A DNA stretch of 64,000 bases, taken from Bugula neritina (taxonomy: Eukaryota; Animalia; Bryozoa). Below the pieces are notes generated by a model, which did not search any database, was not told the DNA's origin, and saw only the letters and a list, made by a program, of their open reading frames with translations. Location of the stretch: positions 22,167,319-22,231,318 of the forward strand of contig OZ037768.1 in the NCBI GenBank assembly GCA_964035545.1, given 5' to 3'. The stretch's first letter is position 1, and each line of letters starts with the position of its first letter. The position numbers were made by a program, and so were the translations under genes. Positions 63,964-64,000 of this stretch are shown here, piece by piece.

Positions 63964-64000
63964 GTAACTGACTTTGCTCGGTTAAAATTCGAGTGTTGAG

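Overview
AT-rich, intron-rich metazoan DNA; an invertebrate, probably a lophotrochozoan, though this is inferred from gene content and style and not proven. All gene models were spliced by hand using GT-AG and phase checks. (1) A minus-strand gene of unknown family (~17.1 kb to beyond the left edge) with candidate alternative first exons and two candidate 21-nt microexons. (2) RanBP9/10 (SPRY-LisH-CTLH-CRA, 13 coding exons, minus). (3) Spinster/SPNS MFS transporter (plus), head-to-head with RanBP9/10, with three phase-compatible alternative terminal exons encoding different sorting-signal-like tails. (4) A two-exon ankyrin-repeat gene (minus). (5) A signal-peptide-bearing ferritin (plus). (6) eIF4H (minus), convergent with ferritin. 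(7) The start of a MYBBP1A/Pol5-like gene (plus), head-to-head with eIF4H. Repeats include a tRNA-derived SINE family (6 copies), a second tRNA-headed element, a ~155-bp MITE family (5 copies), foldback elements and many intronic minisatellites. The most striking pattern is that several minisatellites are tandem amplifications of the splice signals themselves: a donor x5 and an acceptor x11 in RanBP9/10, and a branch-point-like unit x19 before the distal spinster exon. Degenerate hexamer tracts flank both divergent promoter regions.
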